The position numbers and the translations under genes were made by a program. From NCBI RefSeq assembly GCF_000385565.1, contig NC_021169.1, positions 1,096,571 through 1,160,570 on the forward strand: a stretch of 64,000 bases of DNA. The letters run 5' to 3'. The stretch comes from Archaeoglobus sulfaticallidus PM70-1 (GTDB lineage Archaea; Halobacteriota; Archaeoglobi; Archaeoglobales; Archaeoglobaceae). The notes below the pieces were generated by a model. It did no database searches and was not told the origin of the DNA. It saw only the letters and a program-made list of their open reading frames with translations. This document shows positions 39,572 through 50,955 of this stretch, in pieces (position 1 is the first letter of the stretch; each line of letters starts with the position of its first letter).

Positions 39572-41227
39572 TTAGGTCGCACGCAGGTCGTAGAAGAATA
39601 CCACCTGCGGGTATCCTGGGTTCGCTTCGAATCCCTTAACGCTCTTGTGAATCACGTATACGTCGTCTGGTGAGTACAGGAATATCGCTGGGGCGTCCTC
39701 CATGAGTATTTCCTCTGCTTTCCTGTATAGATCCTTGGCCTTTTCTATGTTAGTGCCTTCAAGCGCTACCGCTTTGTCAATTAATTCGTCAAACTCTGGG
39801 TTGGAGTAGTACGCCAGGTTGAAGTTTATCTCGTCTTCACTGTGGAACATGCTGAAGAGGAAATCGTACGGTGTCGGGTACGTTGGCCACCAGTAGAATA
39901 TGAACACGTCCTGTGCCTTCATTGGGTCACTCTTGGCCAAAGCCCACTGCTGCTCCCAGTTCATTGGCCTGATCTCTACATCTATGCCCAGCTTGCCCCA
40001 CTCGGCCTTGAGAATTTCGGCAACCTTCGCTTCAGCTTCATCTCCGTTCGTGTACGTTAAAACGAGCTTGAATCCTCCGTTTGGATAGCCAGCCTGCTCC
40101 AAGAGCTCTTTGGCTTTTTCAGGGTCGTATGTGTATGTCTTCAAGTCTTCAAAGTATCCGAGCATTCCGGGTGGTATCGGACCCTTAGCTGCCTTGCCGT
40201 AATCGTGGAGCACGTACTTTACGATGTCCTCATAAGGCACAGCGTAGCTCAACGCCTGCCTGACAAGTTTGTTGTCCAAAGGTGGCTTCCTGGTGTTCAG
40301 CATTGCGTAAAGCTCCTGATAGGAGGACTTCTGCTTAACAACAACGTTTGGATCCTGCTGAAGCTTAGGAATGTCGTCCAATGGCAGGTCTCTTGCGATG
40401 TGAATCTCTCCACTTGCAACCATCTGTTCTCTGAGCGAAGCATCCGGGACTATCTTTATGATTGCTATGTCGAACTGATCATCGCTCCACCCACCCCAGT
40501 ATTCATCGAACTTCTTGAGCACGACCTCGGTTTTTGGCTCATATTTTTCTATTGTGTATGGCCCGCTTCCTGCGTCGTGTCCCTTGTTCAGGTAATCTGC
40601 AATAGTTTCATCGTCTCCAATCTTCGAAAGCAACTTGCTATCCATTATGTATGCGCCGTAAGAAGAAGACGCTATCAGTGGCAGGTTGGCTGGATATTTG
40701 AGCTTGAATTTGATGGTGTAGTCATCAACAACCTCTATACTTTCAACCGGATCCCAGATGAATGATGCACCGAGCCCCATTCTGACAGTTCTTTCAATTG
40801 ACCACTTAACGTCTTCAGCGGTCAGTTCGTTTCCGCTGTGGAACTTTACACCCTTTCTCAGGTGGAATATCCATTCAGTTCCATCTTCGTTGCTCTCCCA
40901 GGAGGTTGCGAGCCACGGCTTCAAACCTTCTGGAGTGTACTTAACAAGACATTCGTAAACGTTTGGCAGAATAATGATTGAGTTAGAGAACTCTGTGCTC
41001 GGATCCAATGTGGTCATTTCGCTTACGTATCCGTAAATAACCACATTTGGCTTGCTCTCCACCTTCTTGGTTTCTTCCTTTGCACCTTCTGAAGGTGGAG
41101 TGGACGGTTCTGTAGTTTTGTTTGTTCCAGCACACCCACTAATTGCTATTGCCAGAATCAGTGCAATTACAAAACCGACACTCAGCAGTTTTCTCATGTC
41201 TGGCACCTCTATTTGTTTTTTGTGCAT
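39572..41227 (-). CDS. dppA: Family-5 ABC substrate-binding protein (peptide/nickel)
   Basis: 551 aa with an N-terminal signal/lipobox-like 'AISGCAG' and an SBP_bac_5 architecture. Confidence 0.85.
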   Translation of the reverse strand: MHKKQIEVPDMRKLLSVGFVIALILAIAISGCAGTNKTTEPSTPPSEGAKEETKKVESKPNVVIYGYVSEMTTLDPSTEFSNSIIILPNVYECLVKYTPEGLKPWLATSWESNEDGTEWIFHLRKGVKFHSGNELTAEDVKWSIERTVRMGLGASFIWDPVESIEVVDDYTIKFKLKYPANLPLIASSSYGAYIMDSKLLSKIGDDETIADYLNKGHDAGSGPYTIEKYEPKTEVVLKKFDEYWGGWSDDQFDIAIIKIVPDASLREQMVASGEIHIARDLPLDDIPKLQQDPNVVVKQKSSYQELYAMLNTRKPPLDNKLVRQALSYAVPYEDIVKYVLHDYGKAAKGPIPPGMLGYFEDLKTYTYDPEKAKELLEQAGYPNGGFKLVLTYTNGDEAEAKVAEILKAEWGKLGIDVEIRPMNWEQQWALAKSDPMKAQDVFIFYWWPTYPTPYDFLFSMFHSEDEINFNLAYYSNPEFDELIDKAVALEGTNIEKAKDLYRKAEEILMEDAPAIFLYSPDDVYVIHKSVKGFEANPGYPQVVFFYDLRAT

Positions 41228-41341
41228 TGTTGAAACGGCTTATAAAAAATTTTTGGTAGATATTAAATAGATGCGTAAAATTTTTTCACAATGGCTGGTC
41301 TCTGAGGAATCAATTGGAAATGGTATCTTTGCAGGAATGAA

Positions 41342-44300
41342 TTCGCCATTCTACAATAGTCTGATTTTAACTTTTCTAACTTTTCCGAGCATGCGTCTTG
41401 TTCTGCTGTTCTTTCAATCCTACAATAGTCTGATTTTAACATTCAAAGTTTGTATTTTATCGCATCAATAAACAAGCCTTTCAATCCTACAATAGTCTGA
41501 TTTTAACAGAAAGATCCATCAAACATCGAAGTCGAGGTTCAGATCCTTTCAATCCTACAATAGTCTGATTTTAACAATGTTGGATTCATGACGAGACTCT
41601 TTTACAATGAGACTTTCAATCCTACAATAGTCTGATTTTAACGGCTCACTCTTGGTAGTTGGGATCCAATTAAGAAGGATCTTTCAATCCTACAATAGTC
41701 TGATTTTAACGGAGTTTGATGAAGCGGAGAGGTTTATTAGAGAAATTGACGCTTTCAATCCTACAATAGTCTGATTTTAACAAAAATAACTACATGTATG
41801 TGCATTCGCCCATTTTGTCTTTCAATCCTACAATAGTCTGATTTTAACAAACATGTTCCTGAGGCTGTTATGTGTGAATATTTCGGACTTTCAATCCTAC
41901 AATAGTCTGATTTTAACCTGCATCTCCAGCCCACATCTGTTGCCTCGAGCCTTCCACCGCACTTTCAATCCTACAATAGTCTGATTTTAACCACCATCAA
42001 CAACAAAATTCCACAAGCAGACATGAACACTTTCAATCCTACAATAGTCTGATTTTAACGTTGGCGACTTCAAGATGGGAGGGTTTATGAATCTGCATCC
42101 TCTTTCAATCCTACAATAGTCTGATTTTAACAAGTTTTCGCATGCAATACCTCCTTATGTGGAGTACTGCTTTCAATCCTACAATAGTCTGATTTTAACT
42201 TAACAACTCAGGACAGCTTTACTTTTGGATTGAAAGCCTTTCAATCCTACAATAGTCTGATTTTAACATTCAACACTTGTTTAACATAGTATATATTGAT
42301 TATTGCAAATACTTTCAATCCTACAATAGTCTGATTTTAACCTAAATAAAAGTTTGACCAATCCTGAAATCCGAACAATATTGTCTTTCAATCCTACAAT
42401 AGTCTGATTTTAACAAGGGATATGCTTCAGATGGCACTAACTATGACATTGTCTTTCAATCCTACAATAGTCTGATTTTAACGTATTACAAAGGACAGAC
42501 GCCCAAGGATTATGATATAACTTTCAATCCTACAATAGTCTGATTTTAACAGGTAGTCTCTCAGAGAACCGTCGCCACAAACCAAAACCTTTCAATCCTA
42601 CAATAGTCTGATTTTAACGTGAATGGATTTAGTCCAGTGGTTTCTATGTCGAAAACTATCTTTCAATCCTACAATAGTCTGATTTTAACTTGTTTAGAAA
42701 GACTGATGTTGTTATCGTAGATATCGCCTTTCAATCCTACAATAGTCTGATTTTAACATAAAGCAGTATCCTGTGTGTTTGTAACTATATCGCACTTTCA
42801 ATCCTACAATAGTCTGATTTTAACCTGTATTGCTGAAGTTCATGGACTGCTCACCTCTCTTATATCTTTCAATCCTACAATAGTCTGATTTTAACTGAAA
42901 TATCAGAGCCGTGTAATGAAATACCACGAATCCCCTTTCAATCCTACAATAGTCTGATTTTAACATCAATACATCTGCATGTAATAACCTTAGAGTTATA
43001 CTTTCAATCCTACAATAGTCTGATTTTAACGGTTTTTGTTAGGAGCTTTTACACCTTTGAGGAAAAACTTTCAATCCTACAATAGTCTGATTTTAACTGA
43101 GCTTTACAGACAAGGTTATTTGAACAAAACAGTTCCTTTCAATCCTACAATAGTCTGATTTTAACAAGTTTAACAAATGTGCACCCGTCGCAATATGGTT
43201 TCTTTCAATCCTACAATAGTCTGATTTTAACATTTTTATATACGGAGTGACAAAGATAGTATTGGGTGACTTTCAATCCTACAATAGTCTGATTTTAACG
43301 AAGAGCGAACTACTCTAAAAATCAAAGCAGTAAACGCTTTCAATCCTACAATAGTCTGATTTTAACAAGAGGTATGCTGAAAGATATAGTAAAGAGAAAG
43401 TGGGGCTTTCAATCCTACAATAGTCTGATTTTAACCAGCCAGCGTAGGCGGAGCGGCAACATCTGATAGCAGTCTTTCAATCCTACAATAGTCTGATTTT
43501 AACACGCTTGTGAATACAAACAAGGGGTGGGCGTTGTACTTCTTTCAATCCTACAATAGTCTGATTTTAACTTCGCTCAGAACCTCGATAAGAAAAGAGT
43601 TGTCAAAATGTGCCTTTCAATCCTACAATAGTCTGATTTTAACTCAGTTCTTGGTGCTGCTGATAGTGTTAAAGCATTTTTCTTTCAATCCTACAATAGT
43701 CTGATTTTAACTGTTCAGCAACAGAAAGTCTCTGGTCTCGAAATACTCAACCTTTCAATCCTACAATAGTCTGATTTTAACCTGCTCCCATTCCCGACAT
43801 ATCCACAACAACCTTCTGCTTTCAATCCTACAATAGTCTGATTTTAACCGTTGAGTTCACGCTCACGGGACTGAACAAGCTCGCTGTTTACCTTTCAATC
43901 CTACAATAGTCTGATTTTAACCATCGACGAGATTGATGAAACCCCTCGTTGCTACGAATGCTTTCAATCCTACAATAGTCTGATTTTAACGCAAGATGAA
44001 GGTGATTGATAAGAGGATTCCAGACGCTTTCAATCCTACAATAGTCTGATTTTAACAGTACCAGATTAAGGTTAAACTCCTGACCAATAATCTCTTTCAA
44101 TCCTACAATAGTCTGATTTTAACAAGATCTTCCACAAGAATTTCATCCGCCTGAAGGAAAGCTTTCAATCCTACAATAGTCTGATTTTAACTAGTACTCA
44201 AGCTTGTTGATCTCGATCTCGTAGCTCACCTTTCAATCCTACAATAGTCTGATTTTAACATTTCGGGATTGGCTTTCCGGCGGTTATCCCTCTTCCAGCT

Positions 44301-45621
44301 TTCAATCCTACAATAGTCTGATTTTAACTCTGTTCAATGTCGTCGTCGAGCTAATAGACAAAATAGCTTTCAATCCTACAATAGTCTGATTTTAACTCTA
44401 CTGCGGATTCTATTGAGTTTGCAATCCCTTCTGCTTTCAATCCTACAATAGTCTGATTTTAACGAAAAACTAGTGGAAGCAGTTAAGATATCTATGGATT
44501 CCTTTCAATCCTACAATAGTCTGATTTTAACAATCGTCACTGTCCAATAAGTTTCCACACTTCACACAGCTTTCAATCCTACAATAGTCTGATTTTAACT
44601 GAAAAAGAAACTAAACCGTAGATACGCCCGCATCTGCGATTGGTGCTTTCAATCCTACAATAGTCTGATTTTAACTGTCCCAGTGGTATTAAAAAACAAC
44701 TCAACATCTACCTTTCAATCCTACAATAGTCTGATTTTAACCTTTGACGGGGATCGAGTGGTTGTGGAGTGAGGTTAACTTTCAATCCTACAATAGTCTG
44801 ATTTTAACAAGTGGTCACGGGCAACAGCGGCTAAGGTGACAGATTTCTTTCAATCCTACAATAGTCTGATTTTAACTAGGGGAGTGGATTGGTGAAGTAA
44901 AAGCATACCTAATCTTTCAATCCTACAATAGTCTGATTTTAACCCTGAAAAGTTGCAGATCGATGTTTCAGATATACTTAGCTTTCAATCCTACAATAGT
45001 CTGATTTTAACTATATCCAGGAATTGTTTTACTCCCGTCGCCACTCCTGCTTTCAATCCTACAATAGTCTGATTTTAACTCGATGTTCCAGAAGATTATT
45101 ACGAAAGAACAAAGAAACTTTCAATCCTACAATAGTCTGATTTTAACTGAGCTTTGAGGAGATGAGGAAGCATGGGGTACACTACCTTTCAATCCTACAA
45201 TAGTCTGATTTTAACGCTGATGCTCATTGACCTGTTCCCGTTCATGATGCTGCTCTTTCAATCCTACAATAGTCTGATTTTAACTGCATGTTGATCCAGA
45301 GTATGCCAAGAAGTTAAGCAACTTTCAATCCTACAATAGTCTGATTTTAACCTGGACAGAAATCACATATACTGAAACCATACCAGACTTTCAATCCTAC
45401 AATAGTCTGATTTTAACAAATCCCAGTGTCTATGTTCAACTATCAGTTTACGGAGCTTTCAATCCTACAATAGTCTGATTTTAACAAAAAGATAAAGTTG
45501 TATCCATACTTTGTCCTAAGCACCTTTCAATCCTACAATAGTCTGATTTTAACTATATCCAGGAATTGTTTTACTCCCGTCGCCACTCCTGCTTTCAATC
45601 CTACAATAGTCTGATTTTAAC
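41342..45621 (-). CRISPR. Main CRISPR array, ~63 repeats of CTTTCAATCCTACAATAGTCTGATTTTAAC (plus-strand reading), spacers 35-40 nt
   Basis: Perfect 30-bp repeats at a ~67-bp period from 41411 to 45621, with a degenerate terminal repeat at 41342-41371. The reverse complement ends …GATTGAAAG (8-nt 5' handle), so crRNA is transcribed right-to-left and the leader is at the 45.6-kb end. Confidence 0.95.
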
Positions 45622-46054
45622 CCTCGGTAATTTTCCTTCTTTTTCCAATTTATAGTTTTCTACTGGGTGCTATAGCGACCCTCTGTCGTCGATCTCCAGT
45701 AATGCAACTCATTTATAAGGATGGACGACTTTCTCAATTGATCCTGTTTCCAATTTAACTTTCTCTAACCAGGCTTATTTCAATTTAAATAAAATCTGGC
45801 AGGGTATGTCTTAGATAGCTTCTCATAAACCTGCCATTCAGTAAAAGAAGAAAATAAAAATAACAAATTTAACCAATAAAATTACCAAATAAAAAGATGG
45901 ACGAATTGGTCTCAAACCGTTAAATCGAATGAAAGTCACGAGGAATTCTCAATTTACAAATTGGAGAAAAAAGAGATAGAATAAACATAGACGAATTAAA
46001 GTTTTGAAAGATCTTTACAAAGATTTATATTTGGTTAGATTCAAAAATATGTAA
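45622..46054 (-). promoter_or_regulatory. CRISPR leader (AT-rich, ~430 bp) between last repeat and cas4
   Basis: AT-rich non-coding stretch adjacent to the non-degenerate end of the array and the cas operon. Confidence 0.5.
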
Positions 46055-46552
46055 ATGATATCTGAGATGTACATCAAGGGAACTCAGGTCAACTATTATT
46101 TCATCTGCAAAACGAAATTGTGGTTGTTCAGTCACAACATCACAATGGAGCACGAAAGTGATGCTGTTAAACTTGGAAAGCTCATCCACAGAGAGGTTTT
46201 CAAAAGGGATGAAAAGGAAGTTCAGATAGGTCCCATTGCAATCGACGTCGTCAGGGTTGGCAATATCCTCGAGATAAGGGAGATAAAAAAGTCCAGAAAG
46301 ATGGAGGACTCGTACATATACCAGACCCTTTACTACCTGTATTTTCTCAAAAAATTTGGTATAGATGCCAGGGCCGTAATTTCCTTCCCCAAGCGAAGGG
46401 AAAACATTGAAATTGAACTCAGTAGAGAGGATGAAACCAAAATCAAAGAGATTCTAATGGATATTGAGAAAATAATCAATAGCCCTATGCCTAAACCGGA
46501 ATACAGAAAAATATGCAGAAAATGTGCATACTTTGAATTCTGTTTTGCGTAG
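46055..46552 (+). CDS. cas4: Cas4 (RecB-like nuclease with 4-Cys cluster)
   Basis: 'YYFICKTKLWLFSHN' and C-terminal 'CRKCAYFEFC', the Cas4 1+3 Cys arrangement. Size 165 aa. Confidence 0.85.
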   Translation: MISEMYIKGTQVNYYFICKTKLWLFSHNITMEHESDAVKLGKLIHREVFKRDEKEVQIGPIAIDVVRVGNILEIREIKKSRKMEDSYIYQTLYYLYFLKKFGIDARAVISFPKRRENIEIELSREDETKIKEILMDIEKIINSPMPKPEYRKICRKCAYFEFCFA

Positions 46553-46607
46553 GTGGTTTTATGAAGAAAAAAGAATAGTTTTATGAAGAAAAAGAACAGG
46601 TGGTTTT

Positions 46608-47582
46608 ATGAAGAAAAAGAATTACTACATACTTTCGGATGGTAAGCTGAAAAGGTACGAAAATACGATCTATTTCGAAAATAAGGACGGAAAGAAACCA
46701 ATCCCTATCAACGCAATATATGCAATCTATGCTCTGGGCTCTTTAAGTGTCACATCTAAAGCTCTATCGTTGCTTGCAAGCGAAGGTGTATGCATACACT
46801 TTTTCAATCGTTCTGGCTTCTATGTTGGAAGTTTTTATCCCAGAGAAACCCTGATTTCAGGAGATATGGTTGTAAAACAGGTACAGCACCATATTGACGA
46901 AGAGAAGCGGCTTTTCCTCGCAAAGGCTTTTGTCGAGGGCTCGATTTTAAACATGAGTAAGGTTCTGGCATATTACGGGTTAAACGATTTCAGAGTAGAG
47001 GTGGAAAATGCACTCCAGAGCTTGGCTAACGCTAAAACTGTTGCCGAGATCATGGGTGCAGAGGCAACGGCAAGGAATGCATACTATTCAGCCTTCGATT
47101 CAATTCTCAAGAACTTTGAATTCGGGAAGCGGAGCAGACAGCCACCGGAGAACGAAGTTAACGCAATGATCAGCTTTGGCAACTCCCTGCTTTACTCTAC
47201 CGTGTTATCCGAGATCTACCACACCCAGCTTCATCCAGCCATATCTTACCTGCATGAACCGTCCGAAAGGAGGTTTAGCCTGGCACTTGACATTGCCGAA
47301 CTCTTCAAGCCGATGATAGTTGATAGAACAATATTCTATCTTGTAAACAAGGGGATTGTTAGTGAAGGTGATTTCAACAGGGATCTGAAGAGCGTTCTGC
47401 TAAACGAAAGCGGGAAGAGGAAGTTTCTTTCCGCATATAATGATAAACTTAACACGACCGTTAAGCATAGAGGTCTTGGTAGGAATGTCTCATACCAGCG
47501 CCTGATAAGACTTGAATGTTATAAGCTTGCAAAGCATTTGATTGGAGTTGAAAAATACAAACCCTTCGTGATGTGGTGGTGA
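46608..47582 (+). CDS. cas1: Cas1 integrase
   Basis: 324 aa with a typical Cas1 N-terminus ('[19 protein letters not shown]…') and C-terminal metal-site residues (E…H…E). Confidence 0.92.
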   Translation: MKKKNYYILSDGKLKRYENTIYFENKDGKKPIPINAIYAIYALGSLSVTSKALSLLASEGVCIHFFNRSGFYVGSFYPRETLISGDMVVKQVQHHIDEEKRLFLAKAFVEGSILNMSKVLAYYGLNDFRVEVENALQSLANAKTVAEIMGAEATARNAYYSAFDSILKNFEFGKRSRQPPENEVNAMISFGNSLLYSTVLSEIYHTQLHPAISYLHEPSERRFSLALDIAELFKPMIVDRTIFYLVNKGIVSEGDFNRDLKSVLLNESGKRKFLSAYNDKLNTTVKHRGLGRNVSYQRLIRLECYKLAKHLIGVEKYKPFVMWW

Positions 47583-47845
47583 TGTACGTAATCGTTGTTT
47601 ATGATGTGAATGTTGATAGAGTCAACAGGATAAAGAAGTTCTTGAGGAGATATCTAACATGGATTCAGAATTCTGTTTTTGAGGGTGAAATCACACCGGC
47701 AGATCTTGAAGAAGTGAAAATGGGTATAAGGGAAATCATAGACGAGGATGAGGATATGGTCGTGATCTACCGTCTTCCCAGCAGTAAAAGTCTGAACAGA
47801 GAGATAATGGGCGTGGACAAGAGCGGGAGTGAGGAAATCATCTGA
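47573..47845 (+). CDS. cas2: Cas2
   Basis: 90 aa reading '[24 protein letters not shown]…QNSVFEGE'. Overlaps the cas1 stop. Confidence 0.9.
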   Translation: MVVMYVIVVYDVNVDRVNRIKKFLRRYLTWIQNSVFEGEITPADLEEVKMGIREIIDEDEDMVVIYRLPSSKSLNREIMGVDKSGSEEII

Positions 47846-47951
47846 TTTTTTGTAATTTTTTCTGATATCTAGTAAAATTAGTTGGAATTAACATTTTTCA
47901 CTTTTACACTACTCGAAAATATTAAGTAAGTGTGATTTTAAAATTTTAAGT

Positions 47952-48692
47952 GTGAGACTTCAGGTGAATCTTGTGGCTGTATCAAATCCAGCATTTATCG
48001 ATTTTAACCATTCTTATCACCTTGCATCGATGATCTATAGAGCTGTAGAGCGGATTGATCCCAGGCTATCGCTTGAGCTACACACTCCATCGACATTCAA
48101 GTTCTTCACATTCAGCAGGTTGTTGGTTGAGGGCAAGAATTTCAGGGTTGAGAAGGGCAAGATGAGGCTGCTCAATCCAAATGTGCGCTTCTTCTTTTCG
48201 ACGCTGCAGAAGCACATCGGTGTTGCTCTCGTCGAGGGGTTGCTTGAGAAGCCGGAGGTAAAGATAGGGGACGCAAAATTTGTTGTTTCAGAGATAAAGG
48301 TGCTTAAGGAGAAGGAGATTGGCAGAAAAGAGAGGTTTATCACATTGTCGCCGATTAATGTTACGACTGTTGTGGATAATGGCAGGAGGAGGATTGTTGA
48401 TCTGTATCCCGACAGCCTGAAGTTTTACGAGAATTTGAAGAAGAATCTGGTCAGGAAGTATGTGGCTTACTATGGAAGGGAGCCAGAGGATGACGATTTC
48501 AGGATTAGGGTATTAAGATCCAAGATGAAGAGAATTCAGGTGAAGAATACTTTTCACAGGTGTGTTGAGATGGTTTTCGATGCTGAGGGTAGTAAGGAAT
48601 TGCTGGAGATTGGGTACAAGGCGGGATTTGGTGAGAGGAATTCAATGGGGTTTGGGATGGTGAAGGCTGTTGATAGTAGAAGTATTTCGTAA
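47952..48692 (+). CDS. cas6: Cas6 crRNA endoribonuclease
   Basis: 246 aa with the C-terminal glycine-rich loop 'GFGERNSMGFGMV' and duplicated ferredoxin-fold pattern. GTG start. Confidence 0.85.
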   Translation: MRLQVNLVAVSNPAFIDFNHSYHLASMIYRAVERIDPRLSLELHTPSTFKFFTFSRLLVEGKNFRVEKGKMRLLNPNVRFFFSTLQKHIGVALVEGLLEKPEVKIGDAKFVVSEIKVLKEKEIGRKERFITLSPINVTTVVDNGRRRIVDLYPDSLKFYENLKKNLVRKYVAYYGREPEDDDFRIRVLRSKMKRIQVKNTFHRCVEMVFDAEGSKELLEIGYKAGFGERNSMGFGMVKAVDSRSIS

Positions 48693-50955
48693 GTTAACCG
48701 GCGTCAATCCCTACGAATATCAAAAAATAGCTATGGAGAACTTGGTAGAAGGTAAATCGCTTATTATTAGAGCCCCTACTGGTTCCGGGAAAACAGAAGT
48801 GGCCTTAATTCCTTTTATTTATGGTCTCAACGATTTTCTGCCTTCACAGCTAATTTATTCGCTTCCGACGAGAACTTTAGTCGAAAGTATTGGCGAGCGA
48901 GCTACAAAATACGCGTCATTCAAAAAGCTTAGAGTGGCAACCCATCACGGTAAAAAAGCGACAAGTAGCCTTTTTGAGGAGGATATAATTGTTACAACAA
49001 TTGACCAAACTGCTGGAGCATATTTGAGCGTTCCATTAAGTATGCCCAAGAGATGGGGAAACATATTTGTTGGTGGTGTTGCATCAGCTCTAACCGTTTT
49101 TGATGAGGTACACACTCTTGACCCAGAAAAAGGTCTTCAGACGGCTGCAGCAATAGCCATGCAATCTGCAAAACTTGGCTTTCCTTCAATTATAATGTCT
49201 GCCACTCTACCAGATGTTTTCATTGAACGTGTTGGGGAAAGAATAGAGAAAAATGGAGGTAAAGTCGAGATTATAGATGTGGCGAATGAATCAGAAATCA
49301 AATCGAGGAAAAATCGGAAAGTTGAACTTATAAATAGGACTAATGAAGAGTTAGTGGCAGACACAGTTTTAAATAAGGCTGAAAACTGTAGGAAACTTGT
49401 TGTAGTCGTTAACACTGTTGAGCGAGCACAGAGGCTGTATCTTGATCTAAGGGAAAAAACAGACTATCCAATCCTTCTCTTGCACTCTAGGTATCTCGAA
49501 GAAGATCGGGCAAAAAAGGAGAAATTTCTTGAAGAAGTCTTCGGTAAGAACGGTAAAGGGGAGTGTATATTTATCTCCACACAGGTAGTAGAAGTAGGAA
49601 TGGACATCTCTTCTCCAGTGATTTTGTCAGAAGCAGCTCCAGTTGACGCACTAATACAAAGGGCAGGAAGATGTGCGAGATGGGGTGGCAATGGAGAATT
49701 TCACGTTTTTGGGCTCGCCAAAGACGTTGGGAATCCATATGCTCCATATTTGAAAGGGCTCGTCGAGGCTACGATAACTGAAATTAGTAGTAGAGGGAAT
49801 TTTACTTTAGACTGGCAAACTGAAGTCGAACTTGTTAACCAAGTGCTTTCGAGTCATTTTGAGTTTTTCATGGATTCGACGTTCTTTTATCAGAGGCTTG
49901 GGGAACTTGCAAGAGCAGTTTATGAGGGGAGCAAAGCAAAGGTGGAGCAAAACGTTAGAGAAGTTTTCTCGTGCGATGTTACACTGCACGAAAATCCTGA
50001 ATCTCTAGAACCAGAGGAAATTTTGGCACTGCCAAGGATACGCGTTGACGCACGAGTTTTAAGTGGTAAAGTTGAGAAGCTTGCGGAATTGGGTATTAAA
50101 ACATACAAATTAGAGGAAAATCCAGTAATCGGAGACTACGACAAAAGTGGGTACATCCCAGTACTTGTCAAAAGTAAAGAAGATGTAACTCCGTTTGAAC
50201 TTTATGTTCTGAGTGGTGCTTGCTATTCTCCAGAAGTTGGGCTTGTGTTTGACAAATCTGCTCCTAATGCAATCAAATCCTTTGAGCCCGATAAACTGAA
50301 ACTTAATGACATTAAAAGCCAAGCTGAATATAAGCTTGAGAAAGAGACTTGGGTTGAACACGCTAAGAGAGCTTTACATGCACTCGATTGCTACCTAATC
50401 CCTCGTTACTACTATGTTATCAAAAATTTCGCTGATTACTTCGGGTACGAATATAACGAGTTCGTTGATCTTATTAAATGCATAACTGCACTGCACGATC
50501 TTGGCAAATTGAACATAACCTGGCAGAAGAAAGTGAGCTGGGACAGTAAAATACCCTTAGCTCACTCAGATAAAAATAACGTCAGTGGTGGTTTGCCCCC
50601 ACACGCTCCTGTTTCTGCAAAAGCTTTGCAGCCTTATTTAGAAAGTTTATTCGACGATGAGGATGTGTTCAAAGCATTCTATTTGGCTATTGCTCATCAC
50701 CACGCACCGTGGGTGAGAGAATACAAGGAATACAGTCTAATTCCAGACTTCGACAAATTCATTGAGGAAGTTTGGAGTGTTCCGAAGGAGTTAATCAAAG
50801 CCCATGATTCTGCTGGAAGACTCGATTTTACTTATTTGGATTTAATTGATGAAAATGAGGCCTATAGACTTTACGGTCTCCTATCTAAATTACTGAGGAT
50901 ATCTGACAGGCTTGCTACAGGAGGTGTAAGTTATGAATCGATATTTTCTGCCTAA
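48670..50955 (+). CDS. cas3: Cas3 fusion: N-terminal DEAH helicase + C-terminal HD nuclease
   Basis: Helicase motifs 'APTGSGKTE', 'FDEVH', 'SAT', 'QRAGRCAR'. The C-terminus carries HD motifs 'HALD', 'LHDLGK', 'AHSDK', 'IAHHHAPW'. Confidence 0.85.
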   Translation: MIVEVFRKLTGVNPYEYQKIAMENLVEGKSLIIRAPTGSGKTEVALIPFIYGLNDFLPSQLIYSLPTRTLVESIGERATKYASFKKLRVATHHGKKATSSLFEEDIIVTTIDQTAGAYLSVPLSMPKRWGNIFVGGVASALTVFDEVHTLDPEKGLQTAAAIAMQSAKLGFPSIIMSATLPDVFIERVGERIEKNGGKVEIIDVANESEIKSRKNRKVELINRTNEELVADTVLNKAENCRKLVVVVNTVERAQRLYLDLREKTDYPILLLHSRYLEEDRAKKEKFLEEVFGKNGKGECIFISTQVVEVGMDISSPVILSEAAPVDALIQRAGRCARWGGNGEFHVFGLAKDVGNPYAPYLKGLVEATITEISSRGNFTLDWQTEVELVNQVLSSHFEFFMDSTFFYQRLGELARAVYEGSKAKVEQNVREVFSCDVTLHENPESLEPEEILALPRIRVDARVLSGKVEKLAELGIKTYKLEENPVIGDYDKSGYIPVLVKSKEDVTPFELYVLSGACYSPEVGLVFDKSAPNAIKSFEPDKLKLNDIKSQAEYKLEKETWVEHAKRALHALDCYLIPRYYYVIKNFADYFGYEYNEFVDLIKCITALHDLGKLNITWQKKVSWDSKIPLAHSDKNNVSGGLPPHAPVSAKALQPYLESLFDDEDVFKAFYLAIAHHHAPWVREYKEYSLIPDFDKFIEEVWSVPKELIKAHDSAGRLDFTYLDLIDENEAYRLYGLLSKLLRISDRLATGGVSYESIFSA

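Noticed and set aside
41271-44100. ORFs 41271..41471, 43510..43704 and 43888..44100 in the six-frame track
   Set aside because: They lie entirely within CRISPR repeat-spacer units. Their periodic 'SYNSLILT'/'SDYCRIE' peptides are translations of the repeat.
45622-46054. Possible sequence similarity between the main-array leader and the region flanking mini-array 2 (32689-32960)
   Set aside because: Only a short shared 'CGATCTCCA' was seen. It is not enough to claim a conserved leader.
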